64,000 nucleotides of DNA. It comes from Paraphysomonas bandaiensis. Lineage: Eukaryota; Protista; Chrysophyceae. Within the stretch, counting starts at the first letter, position 1, and every line of letters begins with the position of its first letter. The stretch lies in contig CBFFRP010000405.1 of NCBI GenBank assembly GCA_965644295.1, positions 142,741-206,740 of the forward strand, read 5' to 3'. This document shows, piece after piece, positions 13,708-28,443 of this stretch. The position numbers and the translations under genes were made by a program. The notes under the pieces are model-generated. The model ran no database searches. It saw only the letters and a list, made by a program, of their open reading frames with translations, and was not told the origin of the DNA.

Positions 13708-16077
13708 AAGTCACGTCTTATTTCCTGTGCTACTTTCTTTTTAACGTTTGTTTTCTTCCTCGCCCCACGCTGCTCCTCTCTGCGGGGTATACATTGGATA
13801 GAACTCCATCATATCGGTGGTTGTAGAATCATCAAGCAATTCTCGTAAATTAGGACCTGGTAACCATAAATAGCAAATGCAATTATAATTGCGGGGTATT
13901 TTTCATTAATGGCATCATAATTGCCGTGAACTAGGCACCCATTCATGTGCTGGCGCTATAAAGATCAAGATATAGTATCTCCTCTATTGTGTTCATTAGC
14001 TATTAGCAACTATAAACAATGTTCATGCAATTTAAAGCTATAATTGTTAGCAAATAGTTTTGTGAGCAACTACATACTGGATAATTGAAGTGCCTGCTTC
14101 GTGATGATTGCAATCAACACTTTCATTGGTTTGTGTAATAAAAAGTGATAATAGCTCAAAATACAACAAATGTAACGGCAATAGCGACAGTCATATGATC
14201 ATACCATTCACACTTCATCGACACACATTATGATATATGCTGCTTTGCAAACATCATACTTTTTTACTTTCCTCCATCATATATATGAAATGAAAAATAG
14301 CAATATGACACTATATTACATGGTGATGATATTCATTACGCTTCATGCTCTCGTTTAATGATAAAATTCGCTTCCGGTTATGCCTATAAGAAGGCCGACC
14401 CAATGACCCTAATCAAAAATCTAAAAAAGAATTTTGAAAATATGCAGCTTATTAGTTACATATTATAAAACGAAACAAAATGCTTATAACATAATATATA
14501 TATTATTATATTAAGAGCGATAAGTCTTCTTCCGAGTGGATTCGAAGAATCCTCTGTATTAATTTTGTTGGTTGTGCAATGGTCGCATAAAGCAAGATAA
14601 AAGCAATGTTACACGTCTTGTATGAATTATATTTCCAAACAATCGAAGAATGAGAGTTGACAGGCAATTAGAGAAGAGAAGTTAGGCATCTGCACCTGGA
14701 TTCATTCATTGATGTTATAGTGCATCCGACAGAAAAAACGACGACGAATGTGAAGGAACTGATTTCGTACAGCGTGTTCTGGACAGCGCCGACGTCACCA
14801 AAATAGAGTTCGACTTATAGTACTTAATGAGTTCATATCAAAACACAATCTAATGTTGTTGAGAGGCTCTTTAGTCGTGCAAAGTTGATTATGACACCTG
14901 GGCGTCGAAACATGAATCCAATTATTCGTATTCCTAATAATTCCTACGAGCCAATTACCACCTCTACCTATGTACACATTGCATTGTTCAGCGGTTTCCC
15001 ACACTGCATATTAAGCGCTGAATACCGTGTGATAATGATGTAGCTAGTTGGGTTCAGTAGGTAGCTATCAAATAATGTGTGGGACTTAAGCAAATATTAG
15101 TTAGGTACCCACCTGGCCCCCACCCGGATCTATGTAAGTACGCGCTCAGAATGGAGCAGTGGTATATGCTAATATACCCTCCATATATGAAGCCTTGCAA
15201 AAGAATAATGATGATATATATGCAGTTACGGTACGTAGTCTGTTTTATAACTTTATTAGTAATTACGGGAGCACCACACTATCTATTATGAGCGATATTA
15301 TCTAGTTAGGTATTGAAGGCAATTAATAGTCATTATAATTGCTGGGAACTGGGAATCATTATTTTCATCATTATTTTTCAATAATAACTCAGTTATCTCT
15401 TTGTCCTTTTCTATTATATTACTTCTTATATCAATAATAAGCTCATATTATCGTCGCTATAATATTTACTTGATCCTTGATCCTTGATCCTTGATCCTAG
15501 TAAATATAAGTCCAGGAACTGTAATAATTGCATGATTTCAAACACATCATATATGTGTACAAGCTTAAGCATGTGCAAACGAGAAATCATAGTATAGAAG
15601 ATTAGTGATTTCAGATACTTCCTTTTAATGATTAACAATGACAAAAGCTGATAGACAAGAAACTAAAGAGTGAAATACACCTAATTTACAGATTACATGA
15701 TATTCTACTGTAGATAAGTTTAGTAGCATATTGTAGAAGTAAGCCTTTTGTTTAAATTAAGTAAGAATAACGTCCTATTCGGTTCGCAATTAGTTTCATC
15801 AAACGACCTCTAACCGTTTTTATACAGAAGATCAAAACAACATTTCCTTAGAAAATTTTGATTGATTTAAAAAAAGTATTAAACCCAATAAATATAATAC
15901 ATATACGTCTGCACGTCCCACACACTGTCAACATATTAAAACACTTCAAGCATTAGCCACTTGAACGTATAAGTCGTCGCGGATCAAATATAGTACACTA
16001 TCACAATAAGACTTCACAGCTATTTCCTCGCATGATATTTAAAAAAAAAACATACATAGTGTCTGTTAATGGGGGTA

Positions 16078-18240
16078 CTAGCGAGCAGCAAGGTACTTGC
16101 ATATCTCAGATCGAATCATGTCCTCCCCTGGCATTGGCTTCTTCCACACCGCGTCTGCCCCTGCCTCTAAAAAGGAGGTGGCATACTTTTTGGCATTAGC
16201 ACTACATCCGATGATGATTGTGGAGTTGGGAACCGACCGATTCCCCCTCAAAATTTTAACAACCTACAAAAGAGTTGGACACGTGTCAGATTCATAAATA
16301 AAAATTATGAATCAGGAACATCGTAAGCTATGCCCTAACAATACAACATGTTAAATGTGTTCACGGTAGACTCACCTCATGACCGAGAAGATATCCTCCA
16401 GTGCTTTGAAGGTTCTCGTCCACAAATATAATGTCAAATGTCTCCTTCGAGCTGATCAGGCGCTGAATTGCTTCCTCACCGTTTCCAGCCTCACTCACTA
16501 CCCAGGCCCCCGCAGCAATTTCTGCAGCTATCTCCTCCTCTACCAAGTCGATGGAAGAAGGACAGGACCAGTCTCCATGTTGGCTGTTGGACAGTGAACC
16601 CCCTCCGTAGCCGAAATTTCCACTGGGTCGGCGTATGGGCGAAGATGTACCACTGTTAACCTCACTAACAGCAAGAGAGCCACCACTTGGTCGTCGTTTC
16701 TTCAGTCGCTTTGCCATCATCTTGCGCTGGAAGGTGCTATCTTCTATCACCAGGATACGCAGCCCTTTCATGAAGCTCGTTGCCTTCGAGACGACATCGG
16801 AAAGTCCTCCAAGCAACGAATTGTGTCCATCAAGAGAAGCATCGATTGACTCTGATCTCATCCGAGTTATAGGGAAATACGGGTTATTGTCCTCACTTGG
16901 CAGATCTACGCACGACCCTGTCGGGGACGTACTTACAAATGACCCCGAGGAGCTTGATTGAAACGAAGAGGAGGGCGAGCGGCGCATCGCTCTTCTGTGC
17001 TGCACATCAGCCTCGGAAACAAAACGGCAATCAACATCATCTGACATATCCGAATCCACTACTCCGATGAGTGCCGGGATAGTTCCGGAAGGGCGGCGTC
17101 CAGCTGATGGGCGCTTCCTAATATGAGTCTTTTTCCTCGGGCGATATATGTACACTCCATTGTCTACCACAATATCCTCTTCGATTCCCTCTGGTATATT
17201 GTTTACAGTAAGATTCTTCTTTACTTCTTCTCCTTCCTGCAGCAGTGAAAGAATGGTTTCCAGGTAGTCACGAAAGCAGAAAGCATATGCCGAATCAAGT
17301 CGGGAGATCAATTTCTTTCCGCGTCGCAAGCGGTCCCAGAAATCAGATCCTAGAAACTTTTTCTTCATCTGTAAACGAGCCAGCCAATCATAAACATACA
17401 TTACTTGCACTGTGAGGTACCTGATGCTGCACGACCTCCAAGGGCCATAAAGCGTGATTATGCTTGCGAATATAGAACTGGGTCACAGCGCAAGTGGGGT
17501 ACAGCTCCTCTCCTTCTAAGGACAAAATTTCCCCATGATCCAGTCTAGAAGAGGTGTACAACTGAATCTCCTGAAGAGCCTCACAAACCAAGCGCTCCCC
17601 ACCCACTGATTGGAATACTGTCCGAAGCATAAGCTCCAGGCTAGGAAGGCTGACGACTTCGTAGTTGTCCAGCTCAGAAAATATACCAATGACAAATCTC
17701 ACGAAGTCATTCGGATCGCACAAACATATAGCAGCGAACACACTAAAAGCGTACAAGTCTAAGTGTTTGACGATTCCAATGGAATCCACGTACCACGATA
17801 ACTGATGCGAATAATCGACAGACATGTAGCTGTCTGGTCTCTCCATATACCGCTGAAGAATATTATGAAAGAAATTCCAGTGCGGAGTGGTTGCAGTCGC
17901 TTCTTGAAAGAAAATTACGTTTAATATCCTCTCTGTTTCCACCTGATCATAGTCTGTTCTTGTGCCCTGATTAAGCATTAAAGAAACATATTGAAGTCAA
18001 TAATAATCCACCACTACCGACACAGCTTGGACTTCATGCAGTATCGTGTTAAACCCATTGATCACATCCACAAGCAGATAATCGGTATTCATCCCAATTT
18101 CTATCGGGGAAAATAATTATGTGAGTCTCTACATGTAGACATATATCATATATCTGATTAATTTGACTGCCATCATTTACCTCCATTGGAAGCGTCTTGT
18201 AGTGTAGGGTGAAGAACTGGCCAGCACGCCTGTAGTGAGT
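16078..18240 (-). CDS. Multi-exon protein with a degenerate EF-hand-like N-terminal region and a C-terminal response-regulator receiver domain
   Basis: Receiver motifs LRILVIEDS, EAGNGEEA, FDIIFVDENL and, in the last exon 16078-~16263, IIIGCSAN...AGADAVWKKP. GT-AG introns link ORFs 17388-17978 and 16361-17410. The 5' start is not resolved. Confidence 0.75.
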
Positions 18241-19301
18241 ACTATGAAGTGATCGCAGTGAGATCTTTCAGCTACACTGCTGTTCGTTGAGATGGGATTT
18301 CAACTGACATCACCCCCAAAGACTTCTGCTGTATTTGCACAGAAGTTCAAGAGAAGTGCAACGTATACTCACCAGCAGCATACACAATGGGACACGGGGA
18401 ATAAAATCCAAGATTTTTTAAAAGAGATACTTTTTAATGGGGGTTTATAGGCCTTGAGGTCATTTACAAAAGTGCTACTTCAACTTCCGGCCTTCTATTG
18501 CAGATTACACATATCTGTAAGGGAAGAAACCTGCTCCCATTGAAATACGCAATCAACCCATTCTCAGAGAGCGAATTTATTGTCATCCAGGCCGCAGATT
18601 TGAAATGAAATCAGAAGCAATATCCTGAACTGAATAAATCAGCTGTGTTGACATGACACGCAGATAATATCAGTGGCTGCTGAAAACAGTGCCCATATAT
18701 TTGATGTAAAGATGCTATTGCTTCTACTGACAATCATATGTGCTTTCATCTGCTGCTCAGTTTGCCCCAGTGAGGATGGCCTTCGTCGTTAATGATAACA
18801 TGAGTCCATATCGCGATACTACTTTAATTGGCTTGGTCATACTTTTTCTGGCTTTTCGCAGGTTCACGTATGTTTTCGATTGTGGACAGTACTGTAATTA
18901 AGTACTGTTCACCCTTACGAAAGATCAAGAACTACCCTGAAGAGTACTCAAAAACACAGAAATTTTCACTCCCTCTCTTCGAACGCCGGTCATTTTTCGG
19001 TGATTATTTTTGGTCCTTCTAAAGTTACTATCTACTTGTTCAGTTCAATTTGTTAAGTGTACGTACAGTATTCATGTTTACGATACATACAATAGTAACT
19101 TGGGTCTGGCTTTGGAATAATATGTAATTATTTCTGCTGATTTATGTGCTGAACTAGACTGTGACGTCAACATTGCACACTTCTGATACGGTTTTATGGT
19201 TGCTACTAGCAGGGCTAGGAAGCTATATATTGTATTGTAATGTAGTGTACAATATTTTGTATTGTAGCAATATTTTTATTGTCACTCTAGCGTACAATAT
19301 A

Positions 19302-19429
19302 TTTTTCATTGATAAACATGCGAGTACTAATATAGACATCAAACCACTGGTTACTTATTGAACAGTTTTTCATTGATAAACATGCGAGTACTAATATAGA
19401 CATCAAACCACTGGTTACTTATTGAACAG
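19302..19429. repeat. Exact 64-bp tandem duplication
   Basis: TTTTTCATTGATAAACATGCGAG...TTACTTATTGAACAG occurs at 19302-19365 and 19366-19429. Confidence 0.95.
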
Positions 19430-20222
19430 TTTGGCAGCTGGTATATTTCATGTAATGGCAATGCACCCGATCACCAATCACACACTGTAAAGCTAAACGA
19501 TCATGCTTTTGTTTCATCTGCACCACATAATCACACCAAAACATGCTATGAGGACACTACACGGAAACGTCAATGCATCGAATTATTATGGGCCGGTTAG
19601 AAAAGTGTTGCAGCAATATTGATGGAGCGATCGCTACTGTACCCGGCTGCACCGTAGCCCTGTTAGCTGGAGTTCAATGAATATTTCTAATGGTGCTATC
19701 ATTAGCGAACTGAGTACATGTCCTCTAAAAAGTAAAAAATGCCTGAAGATTTCAAGTTTCTTTCTTGGATTATGGATTGTTACGAATTACGATCGTCAAT
19801 CAATTACAAGTGTTATATAGACTGCACAAAGCCAGCGCAGAATATTCTAGTGAAGTGCATATTCAATCAGCATTTCAATAACACATATTACTTCTTTGCT
19901 TTGTACGTCATGCCGCGTGTTGTGAGTGTCGGCATACTAACAACATGTAGACATGTAGATAGCTGTAGTAACGTAGTAACCAGTTAGTCATGATTATTAT
20001 CCCTAATTTTTTAGGTGACAAGGTTTCGTCATTTAATGGCATATTACTATCCCTTTACCGTAAACGAATAACATTCTGCGTATTGTGACATATTGCGACG
20101 GAGATACTCAAGTATGAGAACCATGACAGCGGGTAAGATGTACAGAAGTACCAAGGTATATTTACGTAGATATGCTTAATTAGGCATGAGCGAAACAGGT
20201 GATCACAGTAAAGCAAGCAAAT

Positions 20223-20776
20223 TTACTTAAGGGGAATAAAGCGAGAAGAGTTTGTAGATCCAATGCCAGGGCGTCCATGTCTCACAGGTCTGTTTTAATG
20301 CGGTAAGACATCAATAAGTAGAAAAAATATGAAATGACCTGTAGGTGATGGAAAACTCGCCGAGGTAGTGGCCAACCATCTCAGGCTTAATTTCGACGTG
20401 ATTGAAGACCTTACCATTGTAGACAGCCACCTGAGAGCCGATCATCTCAGGAACAATAAGCATATTTCTGAGGTGGGTTTTGACGGCCTCGGGCTTGTCA
20501 AGAGGACCAGCAGCTACAACAAATGTCACCCCAAAATATAATATTATTCCCTATGTACACACCAGCCTTAGCCTTTCTCAATTTCTTGATAAGAGCCATG
20601 GGCTTTCTAGTCAAACCTCTCTGCATCCTCCTGCGAGCACGGGAGTGAACATAGTTCAAGAGCTCCTCATGAGAGAGATCAAGAAGCTTGTCAAGCTCAA
20701 TTCCACGGAATTGGAACTTCTTAAACTGTCTCTTCTTGCGAAGAGCAGCGATAGCATCTACATCAATATCAGCCAT
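20223..20776 (-). CDS. RPS15: 40S ribosomal protein S15 (uS19), 3 exons
   Basis: [59 protein letters not shown] and terminal [19 protein letters not shown]. Two introns of about 50 bp. Confidence 0.97.
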
Positions 20777-22193
20777 GTTTCCTGCCTAATTATGCACTTT
20801 ATAAATATGTTAACCTAGTGGTATATTTCATCACTCGAGACGGTCTTGTACATGTTATCAACACCTCCACAAAAACGATGAATGTCGTAAATCTTCAAAA
20901 GTCACTTTTCAGTTTTATTATATTTCCATGAGTGTTGTATAAATCGTTTTTGTATAACAAAACCCGGTTTATCCCAACATTACCAGTGGGAGATGGGAAT
21001 AGGACATGGGTGAAGTGAAAGGTGAAAAGGGCGAATTGCAGGCAGCAACCACTCCAGCAGTACGGCAGTTATATGATAGGAAGTGAGAGTTATATCTTCT
21101 ATATCCTCCATACGAGAAACATATCATCGAGCAAGTAAGCACCCAGTGCAATACCAAGGTAGACCTTTGACAACATGGCCAATGCTGGAATGTGCACTCG
21201 CTCCAAGCAAGGTGCATTCTATGCTTGAGAGAGAGTAGTTGAGACCGAAAAGTGTCCTTTATATTTTATTATTATTTTATTTGGATGTATGATGTTGAGA
21301 CCCATGTCTTCATTTGAGAATAACCAAATAGAAGAGGGAACTTACAAGGTCATTGTGGATACAAATCTTTGCAGCGATATGAGAAATCGATGAGAGAATT
21401 GCGGCACTCTCCGAGAAATCATTCTGAGCTTTCTTTAATGTGTAATACCCTGGAATAAGATTCAGTTAGAGTCACCAATATAGCACTAAGGATATTCATG
21501 TGAAAATTCTGATATACTGAGTGACCAAAAAAGTTGACTCCATGTTTGAATACGATGAAGTTAGCAATATAGCAGTGTGTATCAAAAAGATCTCATATCC
21601 ACAGATCAAAGAAACTTCGAAGCTAAAACAGGAACAGGGAGCACCATGGACAAAGATATCAGTGCGACGCTAAAGCATGATGTGGTTGACGAGCAGGTGA
21701 GTAACTGCCACAGATCTAATCCTAATGTAATGTAGTTAAGAGATTGTTTAGCGTTATGAAATAGAAAGCATTACGGTAGCGCAGAAGCATGAATCCGTAT
21801 CACCTGAAGCCATGCTAGGCCTCCGGTGCTACTACTTTCATCAGCAGTGTATGCGTGAAGATGATTGACTGTCTGAAAGTAGTTTTCCTTCAATTAGTTA
21901 ACTTCGCCATTAGTACAATTTGTTTAAATAAGATAAACAATAAGTGACAAGATATGCTGTATGCTGGATACTGACTAATGTCAAGTGGAACCCATTCTGA
22001 AGCTCATCAGACTACTTAGCTACTTAGTATACGGTATATGGAGGAAAGGGTTTGCTTCCTGATAATATCTACCATCTACCAGACCCTGTGATATTTCACA
22101 GCTTGTCTTTAGTATCAGTCTTGTGTATCTATACAAAATACTGCTAGATATATATTTCGACAGGTTCTCTAATCATAACTAAGTCATTGTAGC

Positions 22194-23418
22194 TAGGGCT
22201 GCGTAACAATTAATTGAAGTGCGGTCAATTGCAGTTAATTGTAATAATTAATTGAATTGCATGGCATATACGTAATAATTGCAATTATAATTGCCCGCTG
22301 GAAGGTTGCAATTAAGTGGCAATTATTAACTATATAGTGTAAGGTATGGGGTATGGGGTATGGGGTATGGGCAGATAACAGGGATAGGGAACAATATATT
22401 GTATTGCAATATATTGTAAAATATATTGATTGGTGGACTGGTCAAATATTCCATCAATAGTGTTTCTGTTAAAAGACCTCACAATAATATTGCAATATAT
22501 TGCAATCACTATTATGATAGTCATATAAGAGAAGATTCTCAACTGTAGGGTGCAAAATGGATATAAGCAACCGAGAAATTGATTACATCATTACAAAGGA
22601 TGTTGACTATGCGACTAAAAACCTTCAGTCAGCTCAAAAAGTTAAGAAACGTACAGATCCACGAGTCATTAACGGTTGCCTGGCCCTGGTATGTACTTCC
22701 AATACATATGGGAACGTCTGTTCAGCACAGCTAGACATATTATATCAGTGTTGCGCAAAAGTATCCATCCTACTTAATATGCTGTTGTTTCTGAAAGCTA
22801 TTCGAAGGTTATGGCCGGATACTAGCATATTTCAATCAATTCTGTGGATGAATATGGTGATGTTGACGTCACCGATGATGGCTCAGAGGATGAGGACAAG
22901 GTGGATTTTTAGTAGCTATAAGCAGCAGTTGGTTTGGTTGTCATGTGATCTTAATGACTAATACTAAAATTAAATCTACGGATGTGTTTACCTACTGATT
23001 AGTCATACTAATATATTGCAATATATTGTAATTGTATTGTAGGACGTAGGACCGGTTTAAAAAATCCATCAATTCTATTGATGGAACGCTATCTAACAAT
23101 AGTATTGCAATATATTGTTCCCTATCCCTGGCAGATAATATTAGTATTAGAAGTTGGAAAGCATTAATTTTCAGTAGATCAAAAATCAACACGAGTAATC
23201 TGCTCAAATCTAGGGCACCTCATCAATTAGAGGCAATTAAGTTCTCGCGCTTTAATAGATTTCTGTGAAATGCAAGTACGGTTGAAGATGCTATACGTGC
23301 TTGTATTGAGTACCTAAGTTAGTTAGAGAGTAATTAGCACAATTAAATTGCAATTATAATTGTGCGAGCTATAACTAAAAATTGCATTTAAATTGCAATT
23401 AATTGTTACGCAGCCCTG
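22194..23418. mobile_element. Non-autonomous hAT-type DNA transposon (outer element)
   Basis: TIRs (T/C)AGGGCTGCGTAACAATTAATTG at both ends. Perfect 8-bp TSD ATTGTAGC at 22186-22193 and 23419-23426. AATTGC-rich subterminal repeats. Confidence 0.9.
22379..23130 (+). mobile_element. Non-autonomous hAT element nested in the outer element, carrying a frameshifted hAT dimerization-domain remnant
   Basis: TIR CAGGGATAGGGAACAATATATTG at both ends. 8-bp TSD GCAGATAA at 22371-22378 and 23131-23138. Internal frameshifted TSNT..ERLFSTARHII..RKSIHP..LNMLLFLK..RRLW at about 22690-22815. Confidence 0.9.
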
Positions 23419-23706
23419 ATTGTAGCAGAGTTTACACCAGGGTTTACTTCTTAACCTGACACTATTATTCACTGGACTCACATTATCGTACCATTTACTA
23501 ACTTTCATACTTTATTAGTATGGCTATTTTTTCAACAAACACGTCATAAAAATAGCAGCAACTGCTCGTACAGCCCAGGCAGATGTGACACGAGGCCACC
23601 ACAGCTTAAACACATATTTGTAACTAGTTACGTAAGATAACTGGACGGGGATGGAAGAACTACGTGCAATGTACACTTGATACAGGAGGTTTACATACAC
23701 AAAACT

Positions 23707-24399
23707 TTAAATGTTTTTTTCTTGCAGAGAACTGACAGAATAAAAGCGCTCTGCATCCACATACTTACCATTAATTTGCTTTTGCGTACCATCCGGAAAT
23801 GGTAAGACAAGCGTGGTACTGTCAGATCCACTTGGAATTAACATTTCGTCGTCGTGGACAAGCCGTCTTGTCTGTGGTTTTATGTAGGACCATCTACTCT
23901 TCATCACATCATAATTCTTCCATTCAGGACTAAATTGTCCTGTTGAAGGCTGTGAACACCGTCTTTGTGGAGAAGTTTGATAAGCTTGTCTGCAATATAT
24001 CAGACTAATTTCACAGTCATCTATTATAAATAACCTTTCAACCGAGAAGCTCTTTGGCATTTTCTTCTTTATCTCGTTAGTGTGCTCTACGATGTAATTT
24101 AGTTTCGCTAAATTATCGTTTCTTTCATCGGACGACACCGAATCATTAGTTATAAGAGCATTCAATATTATTTGACGTCGATATGAAACTAATTTTGTCG
24201 ACTCACTCACACCTTCGACAGCATGATATGGAGTAGACTGCTTCTTCCGCTGATTGGACGCTCTTTTCTTCGATAAGTTCTCTTCGTTTTCACTCTCCAC
24301 TAACTCGCGGACGGCATACATTACAGTGTGATTTCTGTTGTCAGTGCAGTGATTGATACCAGAGCAAACAACAATAACTTCCTTTGGACCGGTAAGCAA
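23707..24399 (-). CDS. Hypothetical protein (exon or fragment), function unknown
   Basis: 230-codon open frame with a basic NLS-like stretch (SKKRASNQRKK). It starts at a non-ATG codon, so it is probably an internal or terminal exon. No recognisable domain. Confidence 0.35.
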   Translation of the reverse strand: MLTGPKEVIVVCSGINHCTDNRNHTVMYAVRELVESENEENLSKKRASNQRKKQSTPYHAVEGVSESTKLVSYRRQIILNALITNDSVSSDERNDNLAKLNYIVEHTNEIKKKMPKSFSVERLFIIDDCEISLIYCRQAYQTSPQRRCSQPSTGQFSPEWKNYDVMKSRWSYIKPQTRRLVHDDEMLIPSGSDSTTLVLPFPDGTQKQINGKYVDAERFYSVSSLQEKNI

Positions 24400-25747
24400 G
24401 AATTACAAAACAATCATGCGATAATAGCCCAGCAGCCTTCCTGGACATCCAGCAGCACATCTCAGTCACTTCTCATGCATCATGTATAACGCCATGAACT
24501 ACTGCTGTAGAACAGAGCAGTGGAGGTATACCGGTATACGGTGTATACTGTCTCTACACTATATCGTCAACAAGGCTCTGGCATGAGAAGAGAGTATCAT
24601 ATCTTTGTTCCGTGTGTATATTGGCCACAACTATTGAACAGTTACAGATCAAAAATATCCTTGCTGATGCACATCACGCTGTATGTCCTGATATCATGAC
24701 ACCATGAGGGACATCCATGTGATAGTTACCTAAGAGTAGACATATATATAAACCGCCGAAGCTTAGGAGCAGGAATTATTCTTTTATTAGAAACAATACT
24801 CTCATAACAGAAGTAAAATGAGACCGAATATAGTTGCATGTTGCTATTTTTCAACATATTATAAAAGAATATCTTCAAGTGTTTAACGTTTAGTATAAAA
24901 TAATTGCTTTGTATGTCTCTATTTATTACAATAAAGTAACATTCTCGTCTTTAAACTACCTCTCTTGTTGTTGTTGGAGTTTCGTGTCCTATGGTGGTTT
25001 AGAGTATAAAACTTAACCGTTAGAGTTAGTTTGCGTAATATGACTAGCATATAAATATACTTTTTTTGACTCTGTATATTCATTGGCTCCAAGCACACTA
25101 AAAGAAATAATGCCTTTAATATACAAGAAAGATATAGTTAACCACGGGCAATAAGGAGGCCATATCGTTCCGCGCTCTAAATTTAGGACAAGGGACGATT
25201 CCCTAATTCCTAGGTTAAATTGTAGCTTATCTACATGATGGTGTAAATCTAATATCTAGAATGTATAGCTATTTGTAACCTGCAGGTATTCGCTGAATAG
25301 CACTACGAAAAACAAATGAAAAATCAAAGTATTGTTTCAAATAAGGGTATGGTAATTGTAAAAGATTAACTAAAATCGATACATCCCTAACTTCAAGAAT
25401 AGCAACAACAAATGCAACCCTACCACAGAAGGATACTGAGAGAATAGCAACTGCGAGGTATTGAAATTCGTACATTAACGTGGTGATGAATGTGAAATTG
25501 TAGTCATTGAGGTTTTTTGTTATCATTGGCACCATCACATTATTTATAGACAACACATTTACCTTGTGCAACTGACGCGAATGCAGTGTGTATGATAAAA
25601 CACTCAATTCTGCACGACGCACGACAGCAACCAAAACCTGAAATGTGTTAATCCCAATTCAGGTCAAAAAAGCACTTCTTTGGACGAAATGGGGTAACTA
25701 TTAAATGAATGTGAGAACAGAGAACAGCGACGGCATAATAACATAAA

Positions 25748-25937
25748 GGAACGGAAGTGGTTGCACTTGGTGCTTGCGGCGACGCACAAACAGCTTCTGT
25801 AGCGTTAAATAGTAGGATAATGGAATTTGTACGGATTAGTTATGGGTAGAGGTCTAACTAGTATGTCTAGCATTCAACTAGCCACTATATTGGTACAGGT
25901 TTCTAACGCCTATTGCTAAATAAAAAGACTTTCAATA
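25748..25937 (+). repeat. Dispersed repeat family X, truncated copy E
   Basis: GTAGCGTTAAATAGTAGGATAA...GGTAGAGGTCTAACTAG...AACGCCTATTGCTAAATAAAAAGACTTTCAATA matches 45570-45712. Confidence 0.88.
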
Positions 25938-26239
25938 TAACATAAAGTATGCATAGGATTTCCCATTTCATGGCGTCAACACATGTCACTGGTAAGTGAC
26001 CTAAGCAGCTAAGAAGTGATTCTAACGTTACCTCAAAATTTCTTCTTATTCCTCACACCAGTCTTGAGAGTGATACACAATAGTTTGAAGCTCAATAATA
26101 CGGGTAAAATCAAAGCTTAAAGAAACTACTAGTTATTATAGATGGTACATTATAACAGCTAACTATTGCACTTACAACAGGTTTATTTCAAGCAAAAGTG
26201 GCTCAAAGCCAAAATTTTACTATCACGCTTACATATAGT

Positions 26240-27911
<1,672 letters not shown>

Positions 27912-28443
27912 CTATGTACCACAGATGAGTTCAACAGGAGACGATGAGGGAATCGGGTCTATTCTTTAAAGAGAGTGCGCAGTGGTAAGATAGATAAGAT
28001 CACCCCTTTGAAGATAATGCCACATCCATATCGTACATGCAGCACAGCAGTCTCTGCCTCCACTTCTCCACACCCTGCATTCAAATTTCAATTTATAGTA
28101 TACCGCAGAATACGTTGAATCATACCTTCATAGTTGTACTTAACTACATTCATAGCTAGGTAGAGCAGTACATACTCACCTATACTCTGGAATTGGAGTT
28201 GCTGCAATTGATTGGCTGGGACAGGGTTAGTTTTTTTCCTGCAGGATGTCAGCTCTGTATACCATATACGGTATACATCTATCTGCACTTATCTTCTGTT
28301 CAAGATTACGTATACTTCCAATACTTGGCAAGACCGGCTCTGCATATGCTACGTGCGGGGCATATCCACAATATTTTATGAGAAAGGCTAAATAGAGGGT
28401 TTAGATTAGCTGTATTTAGTATTCAGAGAGGAGTCGAGGTCAT

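Noticed and set aside
13875-13925. GCAATTATAATTGC motif like the outer hAT subterminal repeats
   Set aside because: No TIR or TSD found; too short to call an element.
9707-15030. 20-bp tandem repeat at 9707-9745 and a partial inverted match near 15015 as transposon ends
   Set aside because: The match is only about 8-10 bp with no TSD and no recognisable transposase between them. The interval looks like degraded AT-rich sequence with unassignable ORF fragments.
15470-15498. (TGATCCT)4 short tandem repeat
   Set aside because: Ordinary microsatellite with no supporting context.
20780-20900. Box C-like GTGATGA upstream of RPS15 as an intronic snoRNA
   Set aside because: No box D (CTGA) or terminal stem before the coding start.
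20990-21900. Possible gene divergent from RPS15 (MGEVKGEKGELQ...)
   Set aside because: Frames are broken by stops, and no consistent splice model or recognisable domain could be built.
25269-25634. 121-aa hydrophobic ORF
   Set aside because: Non-ATG start, AT-rich, intron-like content and no recognisable motif.
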